Part shown: piece after piece, positions 37,713 to 47,552 of the stretch
How the letters are laid out: each line of letters starts with the position of its first letter
Numbering within the stretch: the first letter of the stretch is position 1
Assembly: GCA_963811165.1 (NCBI GenBank)
Contig: CAWEQH010000010.1
Location: 576,001 to 640,000, forward strand
Direction of reading: 5' to 3'
DNA length: 64,000 bases
Origin: an uncultured Nitrospiraceae bacterium
Lineage (GTDB): Bacteria > Nitrospirota > Thermodesulfovibrionia > Thermodesulfovibrionales > UBA6898
Translations under genes and position numbers: made by a program
Notes under the pieces: model-generated
The model's database searches: none
What the model was told of the DNA's origin: nothing
Seen by the model: only the letters and a program-made list of their open reading frames with translations

Positions 37713-38108
37713 TTGTTCCATGACTATTTTCTGAAGAATGTGCCGATCATCACAGTTGGTGACCAAGTCAGAAATAAATTGGATCCGATAGTTGAAAAAG
37801 CAGATATGATTCTCACTATGTTTCCCGGGAAATTGAAGTTCACCATTCTACTTCTAGATAAAGTTACCGATGTTAGGGCAAGCTGGAAACAAAAATATAG
37901 GACCAGAACTGATTATGTCGCTTTCTATTCTCGTCAAAATAAAACTATATATATTTCCGTCAATGAGATCTCTCTAAGAATTTTGGCGCATGAGTTGGCC
38001 CATGCTATAATTGACCAATATTACTGTACCTACAATTCCTGTACGCTTATTCTTGAAAATGAACATGAGGTGCTTGCGCATCTGGTGGAACTCCGAATCG
38101 AGTTTTGA
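37713..38108 (+). CDS. Hypothetical protein with HExxH motif (possibly 5'-truncated)
   Basis: AFYS....TIYIS...ILAHELAHAIID...HEVLA. Confidence 0.5.
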   Translation: MFHDYFLKNVPIITVGDQVRNKLDPIVEKADMILTMFPGKLKFTILLLDKVTDVRASWKQKYRTRTDYVAFYSRQNKTIYISVNEISLRILAHELAHAIIDQYYCTYNSCTLILENEHEVLAHLVELRIEF

Positions 38109-38262
38109 CAATCCCGTATATTTTGGGATTCTTTTCTATAAAATGATAAAATATTAGAGTCACCAAAGAGGTATCTGGCGTCGAAGCAGCACACGGCTTT
38201 CAAACGGGCATACCTATCCGGAGGCGTTTTTTTATTCTGGTGATAGTAGAGGTAATTACGTA

Positions 38263-41007
38263 ATGATTTGGGCAGAAAAGAGTATTAAAAACTTCCTCAT
38301 GAGAACCGCAGGAAAAATTAATGCCGGCCGATCTTCCAAGACCGGGAAGAAAAGCTCACCTACGGCTAGTGATATAGAACAAAAATATCAGGCATTATTC
38401 GAACAGTCCCCTTACGGCATCTTACTTATCGACCCGGAAGGAAAGATTCTGGATTTCAATGAGACGGCCCATCGCGATCTCGGATATACGAGGGAGGAGT
38501 TCGCCAATATCACAATTGCCGATATCGATCCTGTTGAGTCCTCTGTCGACGTAAAGGCCCGCATAAGTCGCATATTGGAAAAAGGCAGTGCGGAATTCGA
38601 AGTCAGACACCGGACCAAGCAGGGAGAGTTAAGGGATGTTCACGTCATCACAAAGGCGCTTACTTTATCAGGAAAGGCTCTTCTTCACTCTATCTGGCGC
38701 GATATTACCGAGCGAAAGAGGGCAGAAAATGCGGTGGAACTTTTCAGGAATCTGCTTAACGGGTCAAACGAAGCCATATTCGTCAATGACCCCCAAACCG
38801 GCCGCTTCCTGGACGTCAATGACAGGGCATGCGCCAGTTTGGGATATGACCGTGAAGAACTCCTTAGAATGGGAGTCATGGATATTGAAGCGTCCCTTCC
38901 CGACAATTTTTTATGGCAAGGACATGTGAGCAAAGTCAGACAAAAAGGCTCTCTCCTGTTAGAAGGTATACATAGGAGAAAAGACGGTACCACCTTTCCC
39001 GTCGAAACCAATGTGAGTTATGTATCTTTGGACAACGGAGAATACATGATCGCGACAGTGCGCGACATCTCCGAGCGCAGGCGGGCGGAAGAGGCACTAA
39101 AGGAAAGCGAGGAGCGATTGCGGCAGGCCATCCGCGTTTCTCAGGGCGGCATCTTCGATCACGACCACCTCACAAACTCCATCTACTGGTCGCCACGGCA
39201 AAGGGAAATACACGGGTGGGGTCCTGATGAACCGATAACGCTATCGGATTTTCTCACTCTCGTACACCCCGAGGATATCGAGAGCATTTCGGCGGCTGTC
39301 CGGCGAGCGCACGACCCGGCTAGTGACGGAGTGTGGGACGTTGAGCACCGGATCATACGCCGAGACGGTACCATCCGCTGGCTGATGGCGCGGTCCCAGA
39401 CCTTCTTTGAGGGTGAAGGTGACGCGCGCCATCCGGTACGCACCGTCGGCGCCGTCCTCGACATCACCGATCGCAAGCAGGTCGAGGAAAAGGTCCGTCA
39501 AAGCGAACGGTTCATTAGAAACATCCTCGATACGGTGGACGAGGGGTTCATCGTCTTGGACCGCGACTTCCGCATACTGACCGCAAACAAGGCCTACTGC
39601 AGTCAGGTTGGCAAGTCATGCGATTCGGTCATCGGCCGGCACTGTTACGAGATCTCACATAACACGTTAAGGCCGTGCTATGAGGAAGGTGAAGATTGTG
39701 CGGTTCGTCATGTCTTTGAAAAAGGAGAGCCCCATACTGCGCTCCATAAACATCCGGATGCGAAAGGGTCCATTCTCTATTATGAGATGAAGGCCTTTCC
39801 GATAAAGGACAGCACAGGCGCGGTGACGTCAGCGATCGAGACGATCAACAACATAACCGGAAAACACCTCCTTGAAGCGGAACAACTGAAGACCCAGAAG
39901 CTTGAGGCGATCGGGACCCTGGCAGGGGGGATTGCCCACGATTTCAACAACTTGCTGCAGGGAGTGTTCGGGTATATATCCATGGCAAAGATGACCCTGG
40001 ACCAAAAGGAGCAAGCCCACACGATGCTTGAGCAGGCTGAAAAGGCCCTCCATATGTCCGTGAACCTTACCACACAGCTGCTGACCTTCTCCAAGGGCGG
40101 CAAGCCGATGAAGAAGAAGATACAACTCAAGGGCGTAATCGAGAATTCGGTAAGGTTCGCCCTGAGCGGTTCGAATGTCGACTTCCGAATCGAGTTTGAC
40201 GATAACCTTTGGGCAGTGGATGCGGACGAGGGGCAGATCGGCCAGGTAATCCAGAACATCGTGCTCAATGCCGACCAGGCGATGCCTGTGGGCGGTACGA
40301 TTGTGATCGCCGTGAGGAATGTCAGTGCTCCTCATAAAGGGCTTACCAGCCTTCTGGCAGAAGGGCAGTATATAGAGATTTCCGTTAAGGATAACGGTAT
40401 CGGAATCCCGGAACAGTACCTTCCCCGGCTATTCGACCCTTATTTCACGACAAAGGAAAAGGGCAGCGGCCTGGGGCTTGCTACGTCGTATTCCATTATA
40501 AAAAACCATGGCGGGCTGATCGACGTGAAGTCTGACTTGGGTGAAGGCAGCACTTTTTTTGTATATCTTCCCGCTATTGAGGCAAAGGAAGAGAGAGTCG
40601 GAACTATTCCGGCAACAGGTAAAGATGTTCGAAGAGGCAGGATCCTTGTCATGGACGATGAAGAACTGATCAGAAATATCATGGGAATAATGCTGAGGGC
40701 ACTGGGCCATGAGGCGGAATTCGCTGAAAATAGCGAAGAGGCGATAGCCAAATACCGTGAAGCTCTGTCCTCCGGCAGACGGTTTGACATCGTGATCCTG
40801 GACCTCACAATCCGTGGCGGCATAGGGGGGGAGGAAACCTTGCGGGAGCTCATTTCACTTGACCCTGAGGTCAAGGCTGTGGTGTCGAGTGGTTATAGCG
40901 ATAGTGCGGCGATATCCGAATACGAGTCCCGCGGATTCAGTGCATGTCTGGTAAAACCCTATGAGGTGGGTGAGCTGAGAGACATTCTTAATGTCCTGCT
41001 GAAGTGA
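38263..41007 (+). CDS. Hybrid multi-PAS sensor histidine kinase/response regulator
   Basis: Four PAS/PAC repeats, AGGIAHDFNNLL, DNGIGI...FTTKEKGSGLGL, C-terminal receiver. Confidence 0.93.
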   Translation: MIWAEKSIKNFLMRTAGKINAGRSSKTGKKSSPTASDIEQKYQALFEQSPYGILLIDPEGKILDFNETAHRDLGYTREEFANITIADIDPVESSVDVKARISRILEKGSAEFEVRHRTKQGELRDVHVITKALTLSGKALLHSIWRDITERKRAENAVELFRNLLNGSNEAIFVNDPQTGRFLDVNDRACASLGYDREELLRMGVMDIEASLPDNFLWQGHVSKVRQKGSLLLEGIHRRKDGTTFPVETNVSYVSLDNGEYMIATVRDISERRRAEEALKESEERLRQAIRVSQGGIFDHDHLTNSIYWSPRQREIHGWGPDEPITLSDFLTLVHPEDIESISAAVRRAHDPASDGVWDVEHRIIRRDGTIRWLMARSQTFFEGEGDARHPVRTVGAVLDITDRKQVEEKVRQSERFIRNILDTVDEGFIVLDRDFRILTANKAYCSQVGKSCDSVIGRHCYEISHNTLRPCYEEGEDCAVRHVFEKGEPHTALHKHPDAKGSILYYEMKAFPIKDSTGAVTSAIETINNITGKHLLEAEQLKTQKLEAIGTLAGGIAHDFNNLLQGVFGYISMAKMTLDQKEQAHTMLEQAEKALHMSVNLTTQLLTFSKGGKPMKKKIQLKGVIENSVRFALSGSNVDFRIEFDDNLWAVDADEGQIGQVIQNIVLNADQAMPVGGTIVIAVRNVSAPHKGLTSLLAEGQYIEISVKDNGIGIPEQYLPRLFDPYFTTKEKGSGLGLATSYSIIKNHGGLIDVKSDLGEGSTFFVYLPAIEAKEERVGTIPATGKDVRRGRILVMDDEELIRNIMGIMLRALGHEAEFAENSEEAIAKYREALSSGRRFDIVILDLTIRGGIGGEETLRELISLDPEVKAVVSSGYSDSAAISEYESRGFSACLVKPYEVGELRDILNVLLK

Positions 41008-41072
41008 TGCGGCAATCTTCTTACGATAGATGAAATCACATATTTTGTTCCTCTGTCCGGAAAAAAACGAAA

Positions 41073-42317
41073 ATGAGTTTTTCTAAAGACCAACAAGGCA
41101 CCAGCTTCAAAGTGCTCGGCGCGATCAGTTTTTCGCACTTTCTGAACGACACGATCCAGTCGCTGATATTTGCGATCTATCCGCTTCTGAAACAAAAGTT
41201 CGCACTGAGCTTCACGCAGATCGGATTCATAACTCTCAGCTATCAGGTGGTCGCATCCCTGCTTCAGCCGATCGTCGGGCTTTACACCGACCGTCACCCA
41301 AAACCTTATTCGCTTTCCTTCGGCATGGGATGCACGCTGACAGGACTCCTTGTGCTTGCGACCGCTCCGAACTATGCCGTCCTGCTTTTTGCTGCGGCGC
41401 TGGTCGGTACCGGTTCGTCGATCTTCCATCCCGAATCCTCACGCGTGGCCCGCATGGCATCGGGCGGCCGATACGGGCTGGCACAGTCGATTTTCCAGGT
41501 GGGGGGCAACATGGGCACCTCAATGGGGCCGCTCCTGGCGGCATGGATCATAATCCCCCGCGGACAGCAGAGCGTCGCCTGGTTTTCGCTCGCTGCGCTG
41601 GCTGCGATCTCGGTCCTTTTGAAGGTAGGGGGCTGGTACAAACGGCGTCAGGCGCTCACGGGCGTGAAAGGGAAGACACATAGGGGATTGCATCCGGTCC
41701 TGCCGACACGCAAAGTGGTGATGTCGCTGCTGGTCCTTATGGTCCTTATATTCTCCAAATTCTTTTACCTGGCGAGTCTCAGCAGTTATTACATTTTTTA
41801 TCTCATGCACCGGTTTCACGTCCCGGTACAGTCGGCGCAGGTGCATCTCTTTGCCTTTCTCTTCGCCGTTGCTGCCGGCACAATCATAGGCGGTCCTGTG
41901 GGGGACCGCATTGGCAGGAAACGCGTGATCTGGCTCTCGATTCTTGGCTCTGCCCCTTTTGCCCTCGCAATGCCCTATGCAGATCTGGGATGGACCGGCA
42001 TTCTCGCCTTCGTGATCGGGTTCATCCTTGCCTCCGCATTCTCGGCCATCTTAGTGTTCGCCCAAGAGCTTATCCCAGGCAAGGTGGGCGCCGTCTCCGG
42101 CCTTTTCTTTGGTTTTGCCTTCGGCATGGGAGGGATCGGCGCAGCAGTGCTCGGAAAACTGGCCGATTTAAAGGGGATCGAGTTCGTCTATCACGTCTGC
42201 TCCTATCTGCCTTTGCTGGGTATATTGACCGTATTTCTCCCCGACATAGGGGGCCGTTCTTTTTCAGCCTCAACCGTGGCCCGGGGGGCTTCGCCATCCG
42301 ACGTTTCGGGCCAATAA
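41073..42317 (+). CDS. fsr: MFS transporter, Fsr (fosmidomycin resistance) family
   Basis: SHFLNDTIQS, SSIFHPESSRVARMASGGRYGLAQSIFQVGGN, SGLFFGFAFGMGG. Confidence 0.85.
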   Translation: MSFSKDQQGTSFKVLGAISFSHFLNDTIQSLIFAIYPLLKQKFALSFTQIGFITLSYQVVASLLQPIVGLYTDRHPKPYSLSFGMGCTLTGLLVLATAPNYAVLLFAAALVGTGSSIFHPESSRVARMASGGRYGLAQSIFQVGGNMGTSMGPLLAAWIIIPRGQQSVAWFSLAALAAISVLLKVGGWYKRRQALTGVKGKTHRGLHPVLPTRKVVMSLLVLMVLIFSKFFYLASLSSYYIFYLMHRFHVPVQSAQVHLFAFLFAVAAGTIIGGPVGDRIGRKRVIWLSILGSAPFALAMPYADLGWTGILAFVIGFILASAFSAILVFAQELIPGKVGAVSGLFFGFAFGMGGIGAAVLGKLADLKGIEFVYHVCSYLPLLGILTVFLPDIGGRSFSASTVARGASPSDVSGQ

Positions 42318-42397
42318 ATTCAAGCCGCTAGAGAATTATGAATTTCAGAAGGGAAAAGACGGAACAGACCCAAAGGCTATTCCTCTAAGACTGACCC

Positions 42398-42670
42398 TTA
42401 TCCAAGTCTGATCTTTAGGACCAGGACCGTAAACGCCAGGATCAGCGTAACGACATTGGTGATAATAATCGGTAACGAATAGATGGAGAACCCATAAAAA
42501 ACCCACAGCAGAAGTCCGACGCTGAGCGTAACATACATCCCCGTCGAAATATCGTGAGTAGACCTGGTTTTCCAGGTTTTAATCAGCTGCGGCAAAAAAG
42601 ACAAGGTTGTACAGGCGCCGGCCATCAATCCTAATAAAGTCGTCTTATTCACTGTCGTATATTCTACCAT
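42398..42670 (-). CDS. SemiSWEET transporter
   Basis: AGACTTLSFLPQ..KTWKTRSTHDIS...LLWV.YG...PIIITN. Confidence 0.88.
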   Translation of the reverse strand: MVEYTTVNKTTLLGLMAGACTTLSFLPQLIKTWKTRSTHDISTGMYVTLSVGLLLWVFYGFSIYSLPIIITNVVTLILAFTVLVLKIRLG

Positions 42671-42830
42671 TTAGGGAGGGAGGTCGGGTGACCGACATCG
42701 GCGACAAGGAAAATCACGGAGGTCTTTCGGTACGCAAGAATAAGGTACGGGAATTCCCTGACCATAATAAAAGTGTTAAAGCGGCCGCAGAACCGTTATA
42801 ATAACCATATTAAACGCAGGAGGTAAGACA

Positions 42831-43091
42831 ATGTTCAGAGGATTGCTTCAGCCGATGCATTTGGTCGTTATCCTGGTGATCGTCCTGATCATCTTCGGGC
42901 CCGGAAGACTGCCGGAAATCGGCAAAGGACTCGGCGAGAGCATCAGGGGTTTCAAAAAGGCCATGTCGGGGGATGACAATGACGATGTGAAGGAACCACC
43001 GAAGGAGATCACATCCCCGAAAGCGGTAGAGATGAAACAAGAGGCGGCCCAGGAGGAACCCGCGGAGCAAAAGAACAAAACTGCGGTATAA
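42831..43091 (+). CDS. tatA: Twin-arginine translocase TatA/TatE
   Basis: [35 protein letters not shown]. Confidence 0.92.
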   Translation: MFRGLLQPMHLVVILVIVLIIFGPGRLPEIGKGLGESIRGFKKAMSGDDNDDVKEPPKEITSPKAVEMKQEAAQEEPAEQKNKTAV

Positions 43092-43163
43092 GACACACGC
43101 GTTGCAGGCTGGACCGTGTTTCAGAGCAGATTCTGAGAAAATAACTGCCGGAGGCAAAACCCG

Positions 43164-43334
43164 ATGAAGGTAACGATGGAATTGTCGGACAGCGAAGTCA
43201 GGTTCCTAAACAAGATGGTGAACGATATGACGAGCTATGAGAAAATAGGCAGCATCGAAGATGCAGTCAAAGAATGCATGAGGATGGCCATGTTCGATGA
43301 AAGTGAACCCATGGCTGCCGACGAGGGTGCATAG
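43164..43334 (+). CDS. Small hypothetical protein (56 aa, RHH-like pattern)
   Basis: GGAGG RBS; MKVTMELSDSEVRFLNKMVNDMTSYEKIGSIEDAVKECMRMAMFDESEPMAADEGA. Confidence 0.55.
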   Translation: MKVTMELSDSEVRFLNKMVNDMTSYEKIGSIEDAVKECMRMAMFDESEPMAADEGA

Positions 43335-43436
43335 TCCTTATGTAAAGTGATCCTCCGATCTCCCGGCATCCGCCATGAATTACGTTAGTTTGCTAAAATA
43401 TCCCTAGTATATCTGCTGTCGCACGAAGGACCTGTA

Positions 43437-43886
43437 TTGGACAAATTTTTTGACAAGAAAACGGCCGAATTTGAGGAAGGCCAAAGCGTGGATTTGGTGA
43501 TCGGCGACCGGACCGAGATCGGGTATAAGGCCGTCATCAACAGCGTCGGGGAAGGCATGCTTTACCGAAACGAGATATTCCAGCCCTTAAAAAAAGGACA
43601 GCGTATTGCAGGATTTATTAAAAAAGTGCGGGACGACGGCAAGATAGACCTCTGCCTTCAAAAACCCGGCCCCGAAAAGGTTGATACGGTATCCGGAAAG
43701 ATTATCGACAAGCTGGCGGCGCAGGGCGGATTTATTTCCGTCGGCGACGATAGCCCGCCCGAACTTATCTACCGCCTCTTTGGGGTAAGCAAAAAGACAT
43801 TCAAAAAGGCCGTAGGCGCCCTTTATAAAAAGCGGCTTATCCTCATTGAAAGTAATGGGATAAGACTGATCAAAAAAGGGAGGTAA
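43437..43886 (+). CDS. CvfB/YitL C-terminal half (S1 + winged helix)
   Basis: RTEIGYKAVIN...GMLY.NEIF...GFIKKVRDDGKIDL...DDSPPELIY.LFGVSKKTFKKAVGALYK. Confidence 0.7.
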   Translation: MDKFFDKKTAEFEEGQSVDLVIGDRTEIGYKAVINSVGEGMLYRNEIFQPLKKGQRIAGFIKKVRDDGKIDLCLQKPGPEKVDTVSGKIIDKLAAQGGFISVGDDSPPELIYRLFGVSKKTFKKAVGALYKKRLILIESNGIRLIKKGR

Positions 43887-43906
43887 GGTAATCGCGACTT
43901 CCGGCC

Positions 43907-44080
43907 TTATTCGTCTTCGCTGCTAAAACCAGGGCAGTGTTCGGCAAGGACCTCAAAGGACCTCGGAAGGGTATTCGCCGGCAACTCTTTCTTTAACTTG
44001 CCGATCGGCGATATGCACTTAACTTTATTGTTTGGGATGCGGATGAGATTAAAACACTCAAGACACGTTTTCTTTTCCAA
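43907..44080 (-). CDS. Small four-Cys protein (57 aa)
   Basis: GGAG RBS and TTG start; MEKKTCLECFN...KVKC...AEHCPGF. Confidence 0.45.
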   Translation of the reverse strand: MEKKTCLECFNLIRIPNNKVKCISPIGKLKKELPANTLPRSFEVLAEHCPGFSSEDE

Positions 44081-44371
44081 GTATATTTCTCCAATCAGTG
44101 ATTTAATTATCGCTATGTTAATTGTAGACCATTTTTAGCATTTTACGCATCTTTTTTGATGCGGCAACCGTTATGCCAATGGGTCCATATGAAAACGGGT
44201 CTCAGCCTGCCCCCCCTCTTAGTGTCAAGACAGATACAATCACGAGTTCCCCTTTTAACCGAATATGCTTCTGATGGAAGGGTCCGGGATGATAACAACA
44301 AGACAATTACCGGTCGGGAATGGTATTTTAATGAGTATGCGGAAAGCAGGACACTTCAACCAATGGTATCG

Positions 44372-45115
44372 ATGAATAAGATTTCGACAAACCGGACAAG
44401 CTGTATAAGGTGTGCTACTTGTTGCGCAAAAGGGGGGCCGGCCCTTCATGCGAAGGACATCCGGATTATCCGTGAGGGGCACATAGGAACCCGCCATCTC
44501 ATCACCCTCAGAAAGGGTGAACTCGCTTATGCCCCCACCGGCGAGGCACTGCAGCCGCTACAGGAGGAACTCATCAAGATTGCGGGTAACGGCAAGAGCT
44601 GGGAATGCATTTTCCTGAAAAAAGAGGGCTCATCGTGCACGATATATTCTCACAGGCCGTTAGAATGCCGTATTCTGAAATGCTGGGACACCAGGGAACT
44701 TTTATCCGTCATAGGCAAAGACACTCTGAAACGCCCGGATATCATCGATCCCGATGACCCGATATTGAAGTTGATCGAGGAACACGAAAAGACATGTTCT
44801 GTCCTCGAAATGGAAGCCGTACTTTCTACCTTCTCTGAGGAATCCGACAACGCAACGCCCCTCAATAAACTGGCGGAACTTGTCCGGAAGGACCTCTATA
44901 TCCGATCCAAAGCCGTTTCCATTTTTGTGCTGCCTCTTGCGGTTGAACTGTTTGTTTTGGGCCGCCCGCTCTTTGCCCTTCTTGGCCGCAGGGGGATATC
45001 GGTCAGGGAAGAACACGGCAGGATTCACCTAGAGGAAGGGTCGCGAAATGACGAAACGCATGATACAATTGACCCAAGGTCACCGCATAAGAGCAAAGAA
45101 AATGATTCGTTATAA
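44372..45115 (+). CDS. YkgJ-family cysteine-cluster protein
   Basis: CIRCATCC...CIFL...CTIYSHRPLECRIL.C; start uncertain. Confidence 0.8.
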   Translation: MNKISTNRTSCIRCATCCAKGGPALHAKDIRIIREGHIGTRHLITLRKGELAYAPTGEALQPLQEELIKIAGNGKSWECIFLKKEGSSCTIYSHRPLECRILKCWDTRELLSVIGKDTLKRPDIIDPDDPILKLIEEHEKTCSVLEMEAVLSTFSEESDNATPLNKLAELVRKDLYIRSKAVSIFVLPLAVELFVLGRPLFALLGRRGISVREEHGRIHLEEGSRNDETHDTIDPRSPHKSKENDSL

Positions 45116-45641
45116 AGAACTGTCGGTCATCTTTAAAGACACGGGCTTCACCGAGGGAGAGCTTAAGAAGTTTTACTATTCGGTGAAAAAGTCGGTAATC
45201 CTCCGTCACCTCGGGAAGCGGTCCTGGCCTGAGCTTTTCAAGTTAGAGGAAGAATGCCAGTGGCCCTTTCTTCGGAGGATCGACGACCCGAAACTGCCGA
45301 TCTATCGGGGCGCCGACAAGACACTGCTTCAAAGGTTCATGAAGTCAATTTCTACAGAAAAAGATATGAGGAGATACAGGTCCTCGATGCCCAAAGTCCG
45401 TTACTGGTCTTTACTTCAGGAGGTGATCGCAGAGAGGATAGATCTCCTCGTCTCCATATTCGGCTTCTCTGAAGAGGATGTGCGACATTGCGAACTGGTT
45501 GCTGAGAGATATGGAAAGATAGTCGAGAGAAAGACAAAGGAGAAGAAAAAATTATGGCAGATAGGCATCGGCGCCGGGGCCGCCGCAACCCTGGCAGGCG
45601 CTGCGGCGATATGGTATATGTCGAAGAAGGATAAAAAATAA
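45048..45641 (+). CDS. Hypothetical protein with C-terminal membrane anchor
   Basis: Long ORF ending in a hydrophobic helix plus basic tail. Confidence 0.55.
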   Translation: MTKRMIQLTQGHRIRAKKMIRYKELSVIFKDTGFTEGELKKFYYSVKKSVILRHLGKRSWPELFKLEEECQWPFLRRIDDPKLPIYRGADKTLLQRFMKSISTEKDMRRYRSSMPKVRYWSLLQEVIAERIDLLVSIFGFSEEDVRHCELVAERYGKIVERKTKEKKKLWQIGIGAGAAATLAGAAAIWYMSKKDKK

Positions 45642-45746
45642 TCGTAACTTCCGCTTTATTCCATATTGAGGCTTGGCCCCGAGCCCCAGGCACTTTTCTA
45701 TGACTAACGCTTCACGATTTACGCTTCGCGTTTGACATTTTTCGTA

Positions 45747-46520
45747 TTATCTGCCCCTGAATTTCGGCGGCCTTTTTTCAAGAAAGGCATTTATGCCTTC
45801 TTCATGATCTTCAGTCGCAAAACACTTTGAAAAAGAGGCAATTTCGGTCTGAAGCCGCCTTTGCAAGTCCTCATCTTCGTTTATCAACATCTTTGCCGAC
45901 GCCAAGGCATAAGGACTCATCTTCGCAAGGGCCGCCGCCATCTCATCGGCCTTCTGAAGCAGTTCATCGTTTTTAACCACGCTGTTGGCAAGAGATATTT
46001 TTTCGGCTTCTTTGGAGTCAATGATGCGCCCCATCAGTATCAACTCCTTCGCCCTCCCGATGCCCACCAACCTCGTCAGCCGCTGCGTCCCGCCGAATCC
46101 TGGAATAAGACCGAGATTGATTTCAGGCTGCCCGAACTTCGCATCTTCGGCGGCCAGTCTGATATCACAGGCGAGTGCCAGCTCACATCCGCCGCCAAGG
46201 CAATAGCCGCTGATCGCAGCTATCACCGGCTTTGTCATCTCCTCGATCAAACCGCATACTTCGTGTCCCAGCCTTGCAAATGACTCTGCCTCTTTCTGAT
46301 TCTTGTCTTTCATCTCTTTGATGTCCGCACCTGCGCAAAAATGCCTCACGCCGGTTATTATTACCACGCGTATCGCCTGGTCTCCCCCGAGGTCCCTCAG
46401 TGCCTCCAGTAGGGCCTTCAGTGCGGGCGTGCCAAGGACATTCAAAGTATCAGGGTTCGAAAGGATAATTTTTCCGACCCGGTCTTTCTTTTCGACAATT
46501 ATCGAACTAGCGGTATACAT
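45747..46520 (-). CDS. crt: Enoyl-CoA hydratase (crotonase)
   Basis: FCAGADIKEM, KPVIAAISGYCLGGGCELALACD, FGQPEINLGLIPGFGGTQRL. Confidence 0.9.
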   Translation of the reverse strand: MYTASSIIVEKKDRVGKIILSNPDTLNVLGTPALKALLEALRDLGGDQAIRVVIITGVRHFCAGADIKEMKDKNQKEAESFARLGHEVCGLIEEMTKPVIAAISGYCLGGGCELALACDIRLAAEDAKFGQPEINLGLIPGFGGTQRLTRLVGIGRAKELILMGRIIDSKEAEKISLANSVVKNDELLQKADEMAAALAKMSPYALASAKMLINEDEDLQRRLQTEIASFSKCFATEDHEEGINAFLEKRPPKFRGR

Positions 46521-47355
46521 AAAATCCCTCACCGCACTTCCTCCCGCATCTTCCCGCGTCAACCATCTTCCTAAGCAGCGGACAGGGCTTGAACTTCTCC
46601 CCCAACTCGGCCTCGAGTATCTCCAGAATTTCAAGACACGTGTCCAACCCTATGAAGTCCGCGAGTTCGAGCGGCCCCATCGGATGGTTTGCCCCGAGCT
46701 TCATGACGGTATCGATATCCTCCTTTGCGGCAATACCCTCCTGCAAGCAAAATATCGCCTCGTTTATCATAGGCATCAGCACCCGGTTTGATACAAAACC
46801 CGGGGAGTCCAGGACTGTAACCGGTATCTTCCCCATTTTCCCGGAAACGGTCTTTATGGTATGTATCGTTTTTTCCGAAGTGCCCGCGCCTCTAATCACC
46901 TCCACAAGCCGCATGATATATGCCGGGTTCATAAAGTGCATACCGATAAAGCGTTCGGGCCTCCCCGTTGCTCCGGCCAGTCTCGTGATCGGGATGGTCG
47001 AAGTATTGGTCGCAAAAATCGTTTCAGATGGACAGAGTCTATCCATCTCTTTGAATATCTCCTTCTTTACGTCCTCTCTCTCCGTCACCGCCTCGATGAT
47101 AAGGTCTGCCTTGCGACAATCTTCCAGGCGAGCCGATATTTCTATGAGTGAGAGTATCTTCTCTTTCTCCTCGAAACCGATTTTGCCTTCTGCTGCCCGC
47201 TTTTCGAGCCTGTCCTTTATCTTCGAGAGGCCCGCGGCGGCATGTTCCTCCGACATATCCATGAGTAACACGTTGAAGCCGCTCTGGGCCGCTGCCTGGG
47301 CAATGCCCCCGCCCATAATCCCTGCGCCTATTACCGCAATCCTATGTACGTCCAT
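46507..47355 (-). CDS. hbd: 3-hydroxybutyryl-CoA dehydrogenase
   Basis: GAGIMGGGIAQ, ATNTS, GMHFMNP, PGFVSNR, GANHPMGPL.LADFIGLD. Confidence 0.92.
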   Translation of the reverse strand: MDVHRIAVIGAGIMGGGIAQAAAQSGFNVLLMDMSEEHAAAGLSKIKDRLEKRAAEGKIGFEEKEKILSLIEISARLEDCRKADLIIEAVTEREDVKKEIFKEMDRLCPSETIFATNTSTIPITRLAGATGRPERFIGMHFMNPAYIMRLVEVIRGAGTSEKTIHTIKTVSGKMGKIPVTVLDSPGFVSNRVLMPMINEAIFCLQEGIAAKEDIDTVMKLGANHPMGPLELADFIGLDTCLEILEILEAELGEKFKPCPLLRKMVDAGRCGRKCGEGFYVYR

Positions 47356-47399
47356 GAGTTCACCCCGGTTTAACTACGATATTCTTAGACTACGAGAAA

Positions 47400-47513
47400 A
47401 AGGCGGGCATAGTATTGGAGCGGCTTCTTTTGTCCCGATGAATATCGGGAGAAAAGCCCTCGGAGATCTGCCATGGGCAGATCGAGAATGAGCGACAATA
47501 TTGTGTCCGCCTT
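47400..47513 (+). repeat. Structured dispersed repeat, copy A
   Basis: 18-bp closing stem (three G-U pairs) enclosing GAGCGG..TTCTTTT-hairpin-GAAAAGCC-CTCGGA-hairpin-GAG-AATGAGCGA. Confidence 0.7.
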
Positions 47514-47552
47514 GTTGTAAATAAGGGTCAGAAGAGACAGAGTCCATATGTT

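Noticed and set aside
32573..38200. Classical 3'-end tRNA-Asp/Val integrated island
   Set aside because: I found no duplicated 3' tRNA fragment downstream; the region is better explained as a cassette array.
47440..47470. GGGAGAAAAGCCCTCGGAG as a guanidine-I (ykkC) riboswitch 3' end
   Set aside because: The 5' conserved part is missing, the GGGA is tied up in a palindrome, and the strand is opposite to the flanking genes.
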